A stretch of 64,000 bases of DNA from Ideonella sp. MAG2 (GTDB lineage: Bacteria; Pseudomonadota; Gammaproteobacteria; Burkholderiales; Burkholderiaceae_C), in assembly GCA_004359425.1 (NCBI GenBank), contig PTEU01000002.1:462771-526770 (forward strand). Reading direction: 5' to 3'. Below are positions 9,622 through 17,300 of the stretch, piece by piece. Made by a program: the position numbers and the translations under genes. The notes beneath the pieces are model-generated. The model made no database searches. It was not told the origin of the DNA and saw only the letters and a program-made list of their open reading frames with translations. Positions within the stretch are counted from its first letter, which is position 1; the number at the start of each line of letters is the position of its first letter.

Positions 9622-10185
9622 TCATTGTGCGTCCGCAAGTCGCATCACCAAGTCTGAGTACCAAAAGCGCCTCTCTCCACTGTCCCTGGTCGTTCGAGTG
9701 CCAAGCGGGTACTCAACATAGCCGACAGGGCGAACTGCCCATGTGGCGCGCTTAGATGCATCTCGCGTGTCGCCATCAATTTCCATTGCGCCGCGCCACA
9801 ACCCCATGATGTTCGCGGCAGGAAGCTGTGGCTTGCAATGCTTGAAGAACTCTTCTTCGGACTGAAATACTGGTGGAGGCGGTACAAGCTCGCCGAGGAC
9901 AAGCAAATACGACGTGCCGATCTTCAGGTGCGGAAGATACCCGAACTCGAGGACTGCGCCGACGGTGACATTCTTCCCTCCGTCAACAACCCTGCCCTTA
10001 TAGCGCGCTCCGCACCAGCGACCGCCCGGCGATACGACCTTACCCTCGGTGATTTCGAAGACGCCGACGATCTGCGCTTCCTTGTACAGATCCGTCAGCT
10101 TCAAAGTTACGGGCGACGAAGCACTAGCTGGCAAATACAGCATCGTGAAGCAGACGGCTTCGACTATGGCAGTGCGGACTCTCAT
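9622..10185 (-). CDS. hypothetical secreted protein (~187 aa)
   Basis: The ORF track starts at TTG 10194. ATG at 10185 gives MRVRTAIVEAVCFTMLYLPASA, a signal peptide. GC is lower than the flanks. No domain recognised. Confidence 0.5.
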   Translation of the reverse strand: MRVRTAIVEAVCFTMLYLPASASSPVTLKLTDLYKEAQIVGVFEITEGKVVSPGGRWCGARYKGRVVDGGKNVTVGAVLEFGYLPHLKIGTSYLLVLGELVPPPPVFQSEEEFFKHCKPQLPAANIMGLWRGAMEIDGDTRDASKRATWAVRPVGYVEYPLGTRTTRDSGERRFWYSDLVMRLADAQ

Positions 10186-10194
10186 GATCTCCAA

Positions 10195-10427
10195 CTTCTC
10201 TTATGTGGGGACCTAGCGCTGTCACCCGAAGAATCCAGACCGCCGCGACGGGTTTGGGAGCAAGGCTTCCATGTGCTTGTCAGGCACGATGATATGTATC
10301 TGCAGGCGCCATTGAGCATGGCATCAACAAGTCGACGCTTTGGCTCAGGCCGTCTGGGCACTATAGCGCTCTGCCGAAAGCACTTGATGCGTGCTTGGGA
10401 TGGGCGGCGCCTTGCTTGACGGAACGA
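10195..10427 (-). repeat. copy B of a ~230-bp intergenic repeat (partner at 15123..15350)
   Basis: It shares these blocks with copy A (minus strand): GCGCTATAGTGCC palindrome, GTTGATGCC, TGACAAGC, CCAA.CCC, GCGGCGG and GTCCCCACATAAGA[A/G]AAGTT. The last block ends exactly 7 nt before the downstream ATG. Confidence 0.7.
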
Positions 10428-11003
10428 TCAGTACAGCCTGGTCAGCACCCCATGCACCAGCATCGCGGCCGCGCTGCCCACCATGCCACCAACCCACAAG
10501 TCTCTGGGCACATGCCTCTGCAACACCAAGCGTGACCACGCCACGCCGCAGGCCAGCAGTAGGCCCAAACTGAAGGCGAGTTTGTCAGGCCACATCAGGC
10601 CCGCCGCAAAGCAGGCAAAGCCGACGTGCAGCGACAGCTTGCACCAGCGCTGCAAGGCCAGGGCCACCAGCACCAGGCCGCCGCTGGCGGCCAAGCCCAG
10701 GGCCAAGGCAGGCGCGTGCTTCATCCAAGCGAGCGCCGCACTCGCCAGCAAGACCACCGCGATAAAACGATTGAGTTGCAGCCGTTCGGGCTGCTGCGAC
10801 GCATCCACATGCGCCCAGGTGCCACGCCGCACTTGCCACAGGCTGTAGAGCACCACCAGCGCAGAGACGCCCAGCGCCACGAACAGGGCCGCGTTGGCCG
10901 CCGACTCCACATGGCGTGACATCACCATCAAGGCAGCAGGCATCACCACGCCGGGGTGGCCGCGGATGGACAGGGCGCGGGCTATCGCCACCTGCTTGCT
11001 CAT
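10428..11003 (-). CDS. PAP2-superfamily-like membrane protein
   Basis: 191 aa, multi-TM. The C-terminal SRLVLQRHVPRD fits the PAP2 motif SRx5Hx3D exactly. The other motifs are weak. Confidence 0.5.
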   Translation of the reverse strand: MSKQVAIARALSIRGHPGVVMPAALMVMSRHVESAANAALFVALGVSALVVLYSLWQVRRGTWAHVDASQQPERLQLNRFIAVVLLASAALAWMKHAPALALGLAASGGLVLVALALQRWCKLSLHVGFACFAAGLMWPDKLAFSLGLLLACGVAWSRLVLQRHVPRDLWVGGMVGSAAAMLVHGVLTRLY

Positions 11004-11249
11004 GTCAGCGCATGGCGCATGTCGGGGCAGCGCTCTTCGTTGGTGGAGCCATCACTGAAAGCCATGGCCTCAAAGCCGTGCCGCCGGTAGAAGGCTCTGG
11101 CTCCTGCATTGAAGACAGCGCGCATCCCGCTGCTCAGGTGGCCTTGGGTGCGGTCCAACGGGGCGCATGGCAAGGCACCCCTGCGCGTGGAGAAATAAAG
11201 TGCCTGCGATGGCAGAAGCGTCTTCAAGCACTGCGGGGAGGATGGTCAT
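11000..11249 (-). pseudogene. GNAT acetyltransferase remnant (internal deletion plus frameshift)
   Basis: ATG at 11249 gives the GNAT-like N-terminus MTILPAVLEDASAIAGTLF. A different frame (ORF 11000..11227) gives the GNAT C-terminus NAGARAFYRRHGFEAMAFSDGSTNEERCPDM. The total is only ~83 codons. Confidence 0.55.
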
Positions 11250-11328
11250 GCATTCATCGGCTGGCCTGGATGGCAGCGGTGGCGGTGTGGCGCGGCGGCC
11301 ACTCATGCTGACCCGACCAATCCATGCC

Positions 11329-12354
11329 CTACTCGGATTGACTGGGAGGGGTCTTGCGAATGATTTTGAAGGCCGCCGTGAAGCCTGCCGGATTGAGCCC
11401 ATTGCCCACGATATCACCACGGTCGTTGATGCCTGTAGCCTTGTACAAGGTCCAACCACTTTGTTGCACGCAGGCATAGTCGGCAAGACGAATCAAGCTC
11501 CCCTTCACCCACAGTGCGGCATGCTTGTTGCCATACCAATTCGCCGCCCCTGCCACCACGCCATGCCGATTAACCGCCAAGGCTTCGTCGTTATAGTGGC
11601 TGGGCTGACTGCCGCTGGGCAAAAACTGCACCTGCCCAGCGCGCCACACAAAAGCCCCGAACTCGCTGTTGCCCACCACCACGCCTTCATCATTGATGGC
11701 GTTGGCGATGCTATTGCCCGCTACCAACTCGACCATACCCCCTCCCGATGGCCACAGCACTGCTCGATCTCGGAACGGGGTGATCATGCGATCTTGGCCC
11801 ACCACATCGCCCAGGTTGTTGATATCTTTGGCCATGCTGCTGTAGATCCCCGCATCCAGCCGCACAGGCAACTCGCTTCCACTAGGCCACTTGCAGGCGG
11901 AGTTGATGCCCACGCCGTCATTACATACTCCCACGGCTTCGCCCGCGTCGTTGAGGCCATAGGCTACCGAGAAGATGCTGCCACCCACCAAGTCCTCCAA
12001 CCGTGTTTTCTGCCCCCCTTGCCACCGAAAGGCATAGACACCGTCCTCTACGCCGACCACTTGTCCAGAGCGATTAACCGCATAGGCCACCGACCACCCG
12101 CCCGGGGCCGACTTGGAGATGGAGCTCATGTTGCGCTGGGCATACCAAAACGCTTCATACCGGCTCTCGGCCCCCGAGCTGAAGCCCACCACGTGACCCC
12201 GCTCGTTGATGGCCGTGGCTTGACTCATGTGATCACCCTCGGGCAGATCACCCAGGTCGATCACCTGGCAGTTGGGCTCCAGGGGCGCGGCCATGACGGC
12301 CGATGTCAGCCAGTACGCCGACAGCACGACCCATTTCACACTTTGCAGAGGCAT
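11329..12354 (-). CDS. HAF-repeat extracellular protein
   Basis: It has a signal peptide and about 7 repeats of A.(A/G)IN..G.VVG.......AF.W, for example ATAINERGHVVG..EAFWY, ANAINDEGVVVG..GAFVW and ATGINDRGDIVG. Confidence 0.75.
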   Translation of the reverse strand: MPLQSVKWVVLSAYWLTSAVMAAPLEPNCQVIDLGDLPEGDHMSQATAINERGHVVGFSSGAESRYEAFWYAQRNMSSISKSAPGGWSVAYAVNRSGQVVGVEDGVYAFRWQGGQKTRLEDLVGGSIFSVAYGLNDAGEAVGVCNDGVGINSACKWPSGSELPVRLDAGIYSSMAKDINNLGDVVGQDRMITPFRDRAVLWPSGGGMVELVAGNSIANAINDEGVVVGNSEFGAFVWRAGQVQFLPSGSQPSHYNDEALAVNRHGVVAGAANWYGNKHAALWVKGSLIRLADYACVQQSGWTLYKATGINDRGDIVGNGLNPAGFTAAFKIIRKTPPSQSE

Positions 12355-12608
12355 CTTCGTCTCCTTGCGCTGAATCGCTGTTAATCACGGTCGAACCAAG
12401 CAGTGGCATGGCTCACTCAGACCATAAGGCTAACCATTTTGATGCGCGGCATCCGCCCCTAATTCTTGGTGCCATGGCGTGCTGCGTCAATGAGGGAAAG
12501 GACGTCAACGTGATACGACCGAGTTCTCATGTGCGCAGAGACAAGGGGGAATACACCGGTGCGTGCCACCATTCAGATTCGATGCGCGGGCTAACGCCAC
12601 CTTGTTGC

Positions 12609-12722
12609 TCATGGCAGCACATAGAGCACGTCGGGGCAGCGCCCTTCGTTGGTGGTGCCATCGCTGAAGGCCACGGCCTCAAAGCCGTGCCTCGCGAAGA
12701 CCGTGCCGGTGCAGGCTGCATC
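12609..12722 (-). pseudogene. second GNAT 3' fragment (about 37 codons, no start)
   Basis: Hand translation gives ..TGTVFARHGFEAVAFSDGTTNEGRCPDVLYVLP*. The DNA is ~85% identical to 11017..11090. An in-frame TAG lies immediately upstream. Confidence 0.5.
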
Positions 12723-12725
12723 CGG

Positions 12726-13490
12726 CTAGATGGCTAGGAGACACAGGTATGCCATGCCAAGCACACCTCTGTACCCCCGAAAGTACCCCGTCTGCTGGCG
12801 GCGAATCTTTTCCAGAACAGCCGCGTAGTCTGGATGGCTTGGCGGGTTTTTCGCCAGCCATTCGGCATATCGGGCGGTGTAAGCCGATTCAAAGTGATCC
12901 CACTCGTCTTGGCTTGCCTCGTGAACCTGCACGACAGCGAAGCCACTGCTCCAGGCAAGCTCAATGAGGTCAGGTAAAAAAATGAACTCGTCGAGTCGTC
13001 CAGCAAGTGGGGCTGCAGCCCGCTCAGTCGGCGGTTCACTCCAAATGGCCTCGCCATAGACCACTGGGGAGCCGGTATCGACGAGCTGGCGCAAGGCCCT
13101 TAACGCCGAACCATAGTCCAACGGCCGATTGGCTTCGGCATGCTGGCTCCACACTTGGGTGGCGCCGATGCAAACCGCGCCCTGAGCTGAAGCGGGCATG
13201 TGGGCCTTTGCATCGCCGCCAATCAATTGAAGGCGGTCGGCGACGCCACGGGCCGCAGCGACCTGCTTTGCATGTTCAAACCCGTCGTCTTTCAGGTCTA
13301 TACCGACACCACGGATTGCGCTGGCTTTCTCAAGGATGCGGACCAGGAACGATGCCCAGCCACACCCGATGTCGACGACAGTTTCACCCGCATGCGTGGC
13401 GACGAACTGAGCGAGTTCGTTGGCGCGCAGGTCCGACAGGGGGGACATGAATGCCAGATGACGGTGAGCGGGGCTGAAGTCTGATTGCAT
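12726..13490 (-). CDS. class I SAM-dependent methyltransferase
   Basis: ORF 12726..13544 (TTG); ATG at 13490. Motif I is VVDIGCGWASF, followed by VGIDL. Confidence 0.8.
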   Translation of the reverse strand: MQSDFSPAHRHLAFMSPLSDLRANELAQFVATHAGETVVDIGCGWASFLVRILEKASAIRGVGIDLKDDGFEHAKQVAAARGVADRLQLIGGDAKAHMPASAQGAVCIGATQVWSQHAEANRPLDYGSALRALRQLVDTGSPVVYGEAIWSEPPTERAAAPLAGRLDEFIFLPDLIELAWSSGFAVVQVHEASQDEWDHFESAYTARYAEWLAKNPPSHPDYAAVLEKIRRQQTGYFRGYRGVLGMAYLCLLAI

Positions 13491-13580
13491 GTTTGGGTTG
13501 AAGGGGTGGGTTATTCGTCGTGCCGTGCGCGATAAGCGGACCAACCAGCGAAGCTGGCGCAGGAATGTTTGACCAAAAGG

Positions 13581-13988
13581 TTAAACAGCATTCTCTCGCC
13601 GCTCCTCAGCAGTGACGCGTTGAACTGAATACGGCTCGATTTTCGCGGGCCAGATACCCCACGGACCGAAGCCGCCGCGCCCAAGTGACCCAACTGGCGG
13701 AAGCGACAAGTAGCAGCTCAGAATGCCGTGAATGCGCACACGCTTGCCAACCCACCGATTGAGAGTCTCACGATTGGGCCGAAGGCTCCCGCTCCCAAAC
13801 GCTACCCAAATGCCGGCTTGGTATTTGTGCTCGCCATCTTGGGGGCCAATCACGCGTTCAACCTTCGGATAGTGGAGCAATTCGAACCCCTCGGGATGAA
13901 GCTCCAAGATCCCTTCGATCTCAAGCGGCTGGTCATCGAGGCCTTCTAGCCGAGCCAGGAGGTCATTCACGGAGCGGTGGGCCGTCAT
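13581..13988 (-). CDS. hypothetical protein (135 aa)
   Basis: Clean ORF with an ATG start. No recognised domain. Its stop TAA is embedded in GTTTAAC. Confidence 0.5.
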   Translation of the reverse strand: MTAHRSVNDLLARLEGLDDQPLEIEGILELHPEGFELLHYPKVERVIGPQDGEHKYQAGIWVAFGSGSLRPNRETLNRWVGKRVRIHGILSCYLSLPPVGSLGRGGFGPWGIWPAKIEPYSVQRVTAEERRENAV

Positions 13989-14121
13989 GCTGGCTAGCGT
14001 CTGAATTGAGCTTCATGCGCCGACAGGCTGGCTTGACCGGCTGGCACAAAATGAGCGAAGCGAATGCCAACAGGGCGAGACAGCCTGCCGGTGCATGTCA
14101 ACTCGAATGAATGGTTAGACA
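13989..14121 (-). other. attC-like structured spacer (candidate cassette junction)
   Basis: On the minus strand it starts TGA-T-GTCTAAC (RYYYAAC). It has long imperfect inverted arms, CATGCACCGGCAGGCTG and CAGCCTGTCGGCGCATG, and ends GCTAGCCAGC-ATG. Confidence 0.3.
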
Positions 14122-14658
14122 TCACTTCGTATTGCTCACCGCTGACCAACAGTGGTATCGAGAGGCAAGGCCACGTGTTGCCGGGCGATCATCGATGTTA
14201 ATTGCGCAGATGCCGATAACCTGACCACCTTGCCGTTCGATAAGGGCGGCCGCCGCTTGAGCCTGCGCCCCAGTTTCGATCCATTCATCAACGACAAGTA
14301 TTCGAGCGCCGGACCTTATAGAGCCATTTTTGATTTCGAGGACTTTTTCAGCGCCTGAGTAGTCCACGAATGACTCGCGATCTATCGCCGTAGGAAGCTT
14401 GCCTCCCTTTCGGATCAGAACGAGGGGGACCGTCAATTGGTGAGCGAGCGCTGTACCCAGGACAAAGCCAAGGGCATCTATCGCTGCAACTGCGGTCACT
14501 TCGGAATTGACTATCGGAGCAAGTAGGTCGCGTACAAGCGCTGAGAAAGCGTCAGGGTGCTCGAATATCGGGGAGACGTCGCAGCGACCACCCGTATTTC
14601 GATTTATGAGAGCTGAGTAGTGAGGCACTTCGATGCTTCTGTAAATATTAACGTTCAA
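14122..14658 (-). CDS. type I phosphoribosyltransferase (adenine PRT-like)
   Basis: 178 aa, TTG start. The PRPP loop is ILVVDEWIETGAQ, and it is APRT-like throughout (AIDALGFVLGTALAH, VLIRKGGKLP). Confidence 0.75.
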   Translation of the reverse strand: MNVNIYRSIEVPHYSALINRNTGGRCDVSPIFEHPDAFSALVRDLLAPIVNSEVTAVAAIDALGFVLGTALAHQLTVPLVLIRKGGKLPTAIDRESFVDYSGAEKVLEIKNGSIRSGARILVVDEWIETGAQAQAAAALIERQGGQVIGICAINIDDRPATRGLASRYHCWSAVSNTK

Positions 14659-14696
14659 ATTCAGCGGACCGTGAATCCATCCGCTTCAATGCAGGG

Positions 14697-15122
14697 TTAG
14701 CCAGCATTTTGCCCGCCCCAAATAGTCATATGAATGTCGACTCCGAGTGATGCCAGTTCCTGCTGGAAACTGGGCGTCAACTCCACCATCGCTGCACCAG
14801 AGACGCTGATGAAGCAATCCAGCACGAAGTTGCAGCCCACTTTTTGGAGCGAGCGAATCTCGGTGGTTCGTGGTTTAAGGAGATCGACCCAGACTTGAAG
14901 CTCCGGCGTAAACGGGTCATTTTCGTCCTGGCCGGACAAATGCTTCTTCCAGCCGCCCCATTCGTGCAGGTCGTTGCCAACTCGCTTGGCATCGCCGCGA
15001 CGCCAACTGCTATCGGGCTCAATTCGGAGTGCAGCAGTTACGTCAGACGGGTTGAGGTCGTTGCCCGTGACAATCAGACTGACGCTGCTTGCGAACTCAC
15101 GATTGGATGGGTTCTCGGCCAT
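14697..15122 (-). CDS. DUF4279-like small protein
   Basis: 141 aa. SLIVTGNDLNPSDVTAALRIEPDSSWRRGD...LDCFISV...LASLGVDIHMTIW matches my recollection of the DUF4279 layout. Confidence 0.6.
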   Translation of the reverse strand: MAENPSNREFASSVSLIVTGNDLNPSDVTAALRIEPDSSWRRGDAKRVGNDLHEWGGWKKHLSGQDENDPFTPELQVWVDLLKPRTTEIRSLQKVGCNFVLDCFISVSGAAMVELTPSFQQELASLGVDIHMTIWGGQNAG

Positions 15123-15350
15123 GCAGGCTAACTTTTCTTATGTGGGGACTGCCGCCCGCCGCCAAGGGCTTGGAAAGAGCCTTCTAAGCGCTTGTCACAA
15201 ATGATGATTTCCATGTACAGCGGTCAAGGGAAACGGCATCAACAAAACGGCATTTTGGCGCAAGGCGGCTAGGCACTATAGCGCCCTGTCGGCACCTCTC
15301 GCTGCCTTTTGGGCGGGCATCCGACCCGAGCTTTCCCCACACGCCGCGCA
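15123..15350 (-). repeat. copy A of the ~230-bp intergenic repeat (partner at 10195..10427)
   Basis: Same conserved blocks as copy B. The palindrome ggcactatagcgcc is at 15272..15285 and the leader aacttttcttatgtggggac at 15130..15149. Confidence 0.7.
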
Positions 15351-15933
15351 TTGCGCCACCCGGCTCGCCCCACAGCCCACCACGACAGAACTGCGCGGCC
15401 GCAGGCCGTGGTCCGTGGCGATTTCTGAGGCGCCGAGGCGCGCAGGGAAAGGGCGTGGCGCGCGTACCCGCGCGCTTCAAGAACATACTCGCCGGAAGGG
15501 TTTGACCACAGCGACCGGGCAACGCCCTGGAGCGGAGGGAGTTTGACGGCGCACGCCTTTGACCGAGCACTTTGAGTCTGCGAAGCATTCCGTCACGCCC
15601 GCTCAGGCACCCTAGACGACGCTGCTCTTCGTTGCAAATGCTCGCCGTAGCCCAGGCTACGGCTGTGCTTTGCGCCTCGATCAACCCCGTCTAGAGCACC
15701 TGCTCGAACGCGCCGAAATGCTTCACAGACTCCGGGCGTCGGCTTCAGCCAACCGCCGATGCATGAGCCCCGGGCCACGGCCTGCGGCCAAGCATGCACC
15801 GCGCCGTAGCAGGCATATTCAAACTGGGCCACTGCGAGAAGGTCGGACGGCTCCGACAAGCTCAACCCGAACGGTACTGAATGGCAGGGCAAACAAGACC
15901 CGCCCGAAAGGTGTGCTGCGCCGGATGTTGCGC

Positions 15934-17025
15934 TCAGTCCCCCAAGCCCAAAAACACCGTCATCCGCTGCAATTCGTCCTCCAGCGCCAGCTTGAAAGCT
16001 TTGTCTTTAGGCGCAGCAGCCACAAAGCCCACATCGGGCTGAAGCACGCCGCCCTTGGCGCTGACATTGGCCCAGCCGATGACCTGGTCGCGCCACAGCA
16101 AGGGCAGGGCGTAATGGCCGCGCACGCGTTTGGCGGCGGGGGTGTAGGCCTCGAAGCGGTAAGCCCAGCCCCACAGCAGCTCAAAGCGGCGGCGGTCCCA
16201 GACCACGGGGTCGAAGGGGGCCAGCAAGCGGACTTGCTCATCGGCGCTATATTTTTTGGCGGCGGGGTTCTCGCCCTCGGGCCAAAACCAGGTGATGCCG
16301 TCGACCACGCTGCTGGGCAGGCGCGTGCGGGCGCGTTGCAAAGCGGCTTTGCGATGCTCGCGCCATTGCGGCACACCGCCCGAGAGGTGGCTGACCAACT
16401 GGCCTAGGCTGGCGGCGGGCAGGGGGGCGTATTTCGCCACGATGACATCGACCAGTGCGTCCATGATGGCGTCGCGGCTGAGGTCAGTCGGTTGATGCTC
16501 GCGTGCGGCATAAAGGCGCTGGCCGCCTTCGCGCCGCGCCACACGCAAAAGGCCACGGTAGTGCATGCCTTCCAACAATTGGGTGCTGGCCTTGCTGTTG
16601 CCGCCAAACCAGTTGGTGACGCTGCCGTGGTCAAAGTGCGCATCTACCTCGGCGGGCCGCACAATGCCGCGCTCGCGCACAAAGGCCAACACCTCTTGGG
16701 CCTGCTTTAGGCGTGCGGCGGGCCACACGGTGCGCGGCGTGCGCGGGTGCATCAGGTGGTGCAGCTCACGCGCCACAAAGCCGTAGTTGACGAAGAAGTC
16801 TTCTTCAATGGCCAGCTTGGGGTAGCGGGCTTCTAGGTCACCGGCCCGGTAGTCTGCCACGCGGTGGCGCAGGGTCAGGTCTTGGGCGCGGGCCGGGGCG
16901 CGCAGCGGGTCGGCCTGCACAAAACCCAAGCGGCTCAGGGCCTTGGGCAAGGTGGTGGGGGTGAAGAGGCTGCGGGCCACGGCGTAGCGGCGCAGGGTGT
17001 CCAGGGTCAGTACAGATGAGGCCAT
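15934..17025 (-). CDS. winged-helix DNA glycosylase YcaQ family (DUF1006)
   Basis: ORF 15934..17043; ATG at 17025. LGFVQADPLRAPARAQDLTLRHRV...FVNYGF...YALPLLW is typical of YcaQ-like proteins. Confidence 0.8.
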   Translation of the reverse strand: MASSVLTLDTLRRYAVARSLFTPTTLPKALSRLGFVQADPLRAPARAQDLTLRHRVADYRAGDLEARYPKLAIEEDFFVNYGFVARELHHLMHPRTPRTVWPAARLKQAQEVLAFVRERGIVRPAEVDAHFDHGSVTNWFGGNSKASTQLLEGMHYRGLLRVARREGGQRLYAAREHQPTDLSRDAIMDALVDVIVAKYAPLPAASLGQLVSHLSGGVPQWREHRKAALQRARTRLPSSVVDGITWFWPEGENPAAKKYSADEQVRLLAPFDPVVWDRRRFELLWGWAYRFEAYTPAAKRVRGHYALPLLWRDQVIGWANVSAKGGVLQPDVGFVAAAPKDKAFKLALEDELQRMTVFLGLGD

Positions 17026-17090
17026 GGCCAGATGATGCCGCAAGCTCAGGCGACAATCACGCTCTGTCCAGCACTCTGCCCAAGCTCGTC

Positions 17091-17300
17091 ATGCAAGTCA
17101 CCAAAACCGCCATTGCCGATGTCCTGATTTTTGAGCCCAAGCTGTTTGGCGACGCCCGAGGCTTTTTCATGGAGAGCTTCAACCAGAAGATCTTTGATGA
17201 CGCTGTGGGCGGCCACACCGCCTTTGTGCAGGACAACCACTCGCGCTCGGCCAAGGGCGTGCTGCGGGGGCTGCACTTTCAGCGCGCACCGCATGCCCAG
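17091..17300 (+). pseudogene. rfbC: dTDP-4-dehydrorhamnose 3,5-epimerase, 5' fragment only (~70 aa)
   Basis: MQVTKTAIADVLIFEPKLFGDARGFFMESFN...NHSRSAKGVLRGLHFQRAPHAQ. The expected GKLVR.. is then replaced by the antisense of the DUF1501 gene. Confidence 0.8.

Noticed and set aside
9838-10419. 193-aa plus-strand ORF overlapping the 187-aa secreted-protein gene and repeat copy B
   Set aside because: It runs through the conserved intergenic repeat and has an odd Arg/Asp-rich composition. The minus-strand ORF has a signal peptide and sits in register with the conserved 20-nt leader.
11167-12384. 405-aa plus-strand ORF
   Set aside because: It is antisense to the HAF-repeat gene. Its composition is His/Ala/Gly-rich with no motifs, whereas the minus strand shows a signal peptide and seven clear HAF repeats. 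This is a typical high-GC shadow ORF.
12380-12460. tRNA-like GGTTCGA box in the spacer upstream of the HAF gene
   Set aside because: There is no acceptor or anticodon stem complementarity and no cloverleaf can be drawn, so this is an isolated motif.
15123-17043. Search for an integron integrase (intI) or attI next to the cassette-like array
   Set aside because: No tyrosine-recombinase motifs appear in any frame, and the next gene is a YcaQ-family glycosylase. The array can therefore be at most an integrase-less attC cluster.
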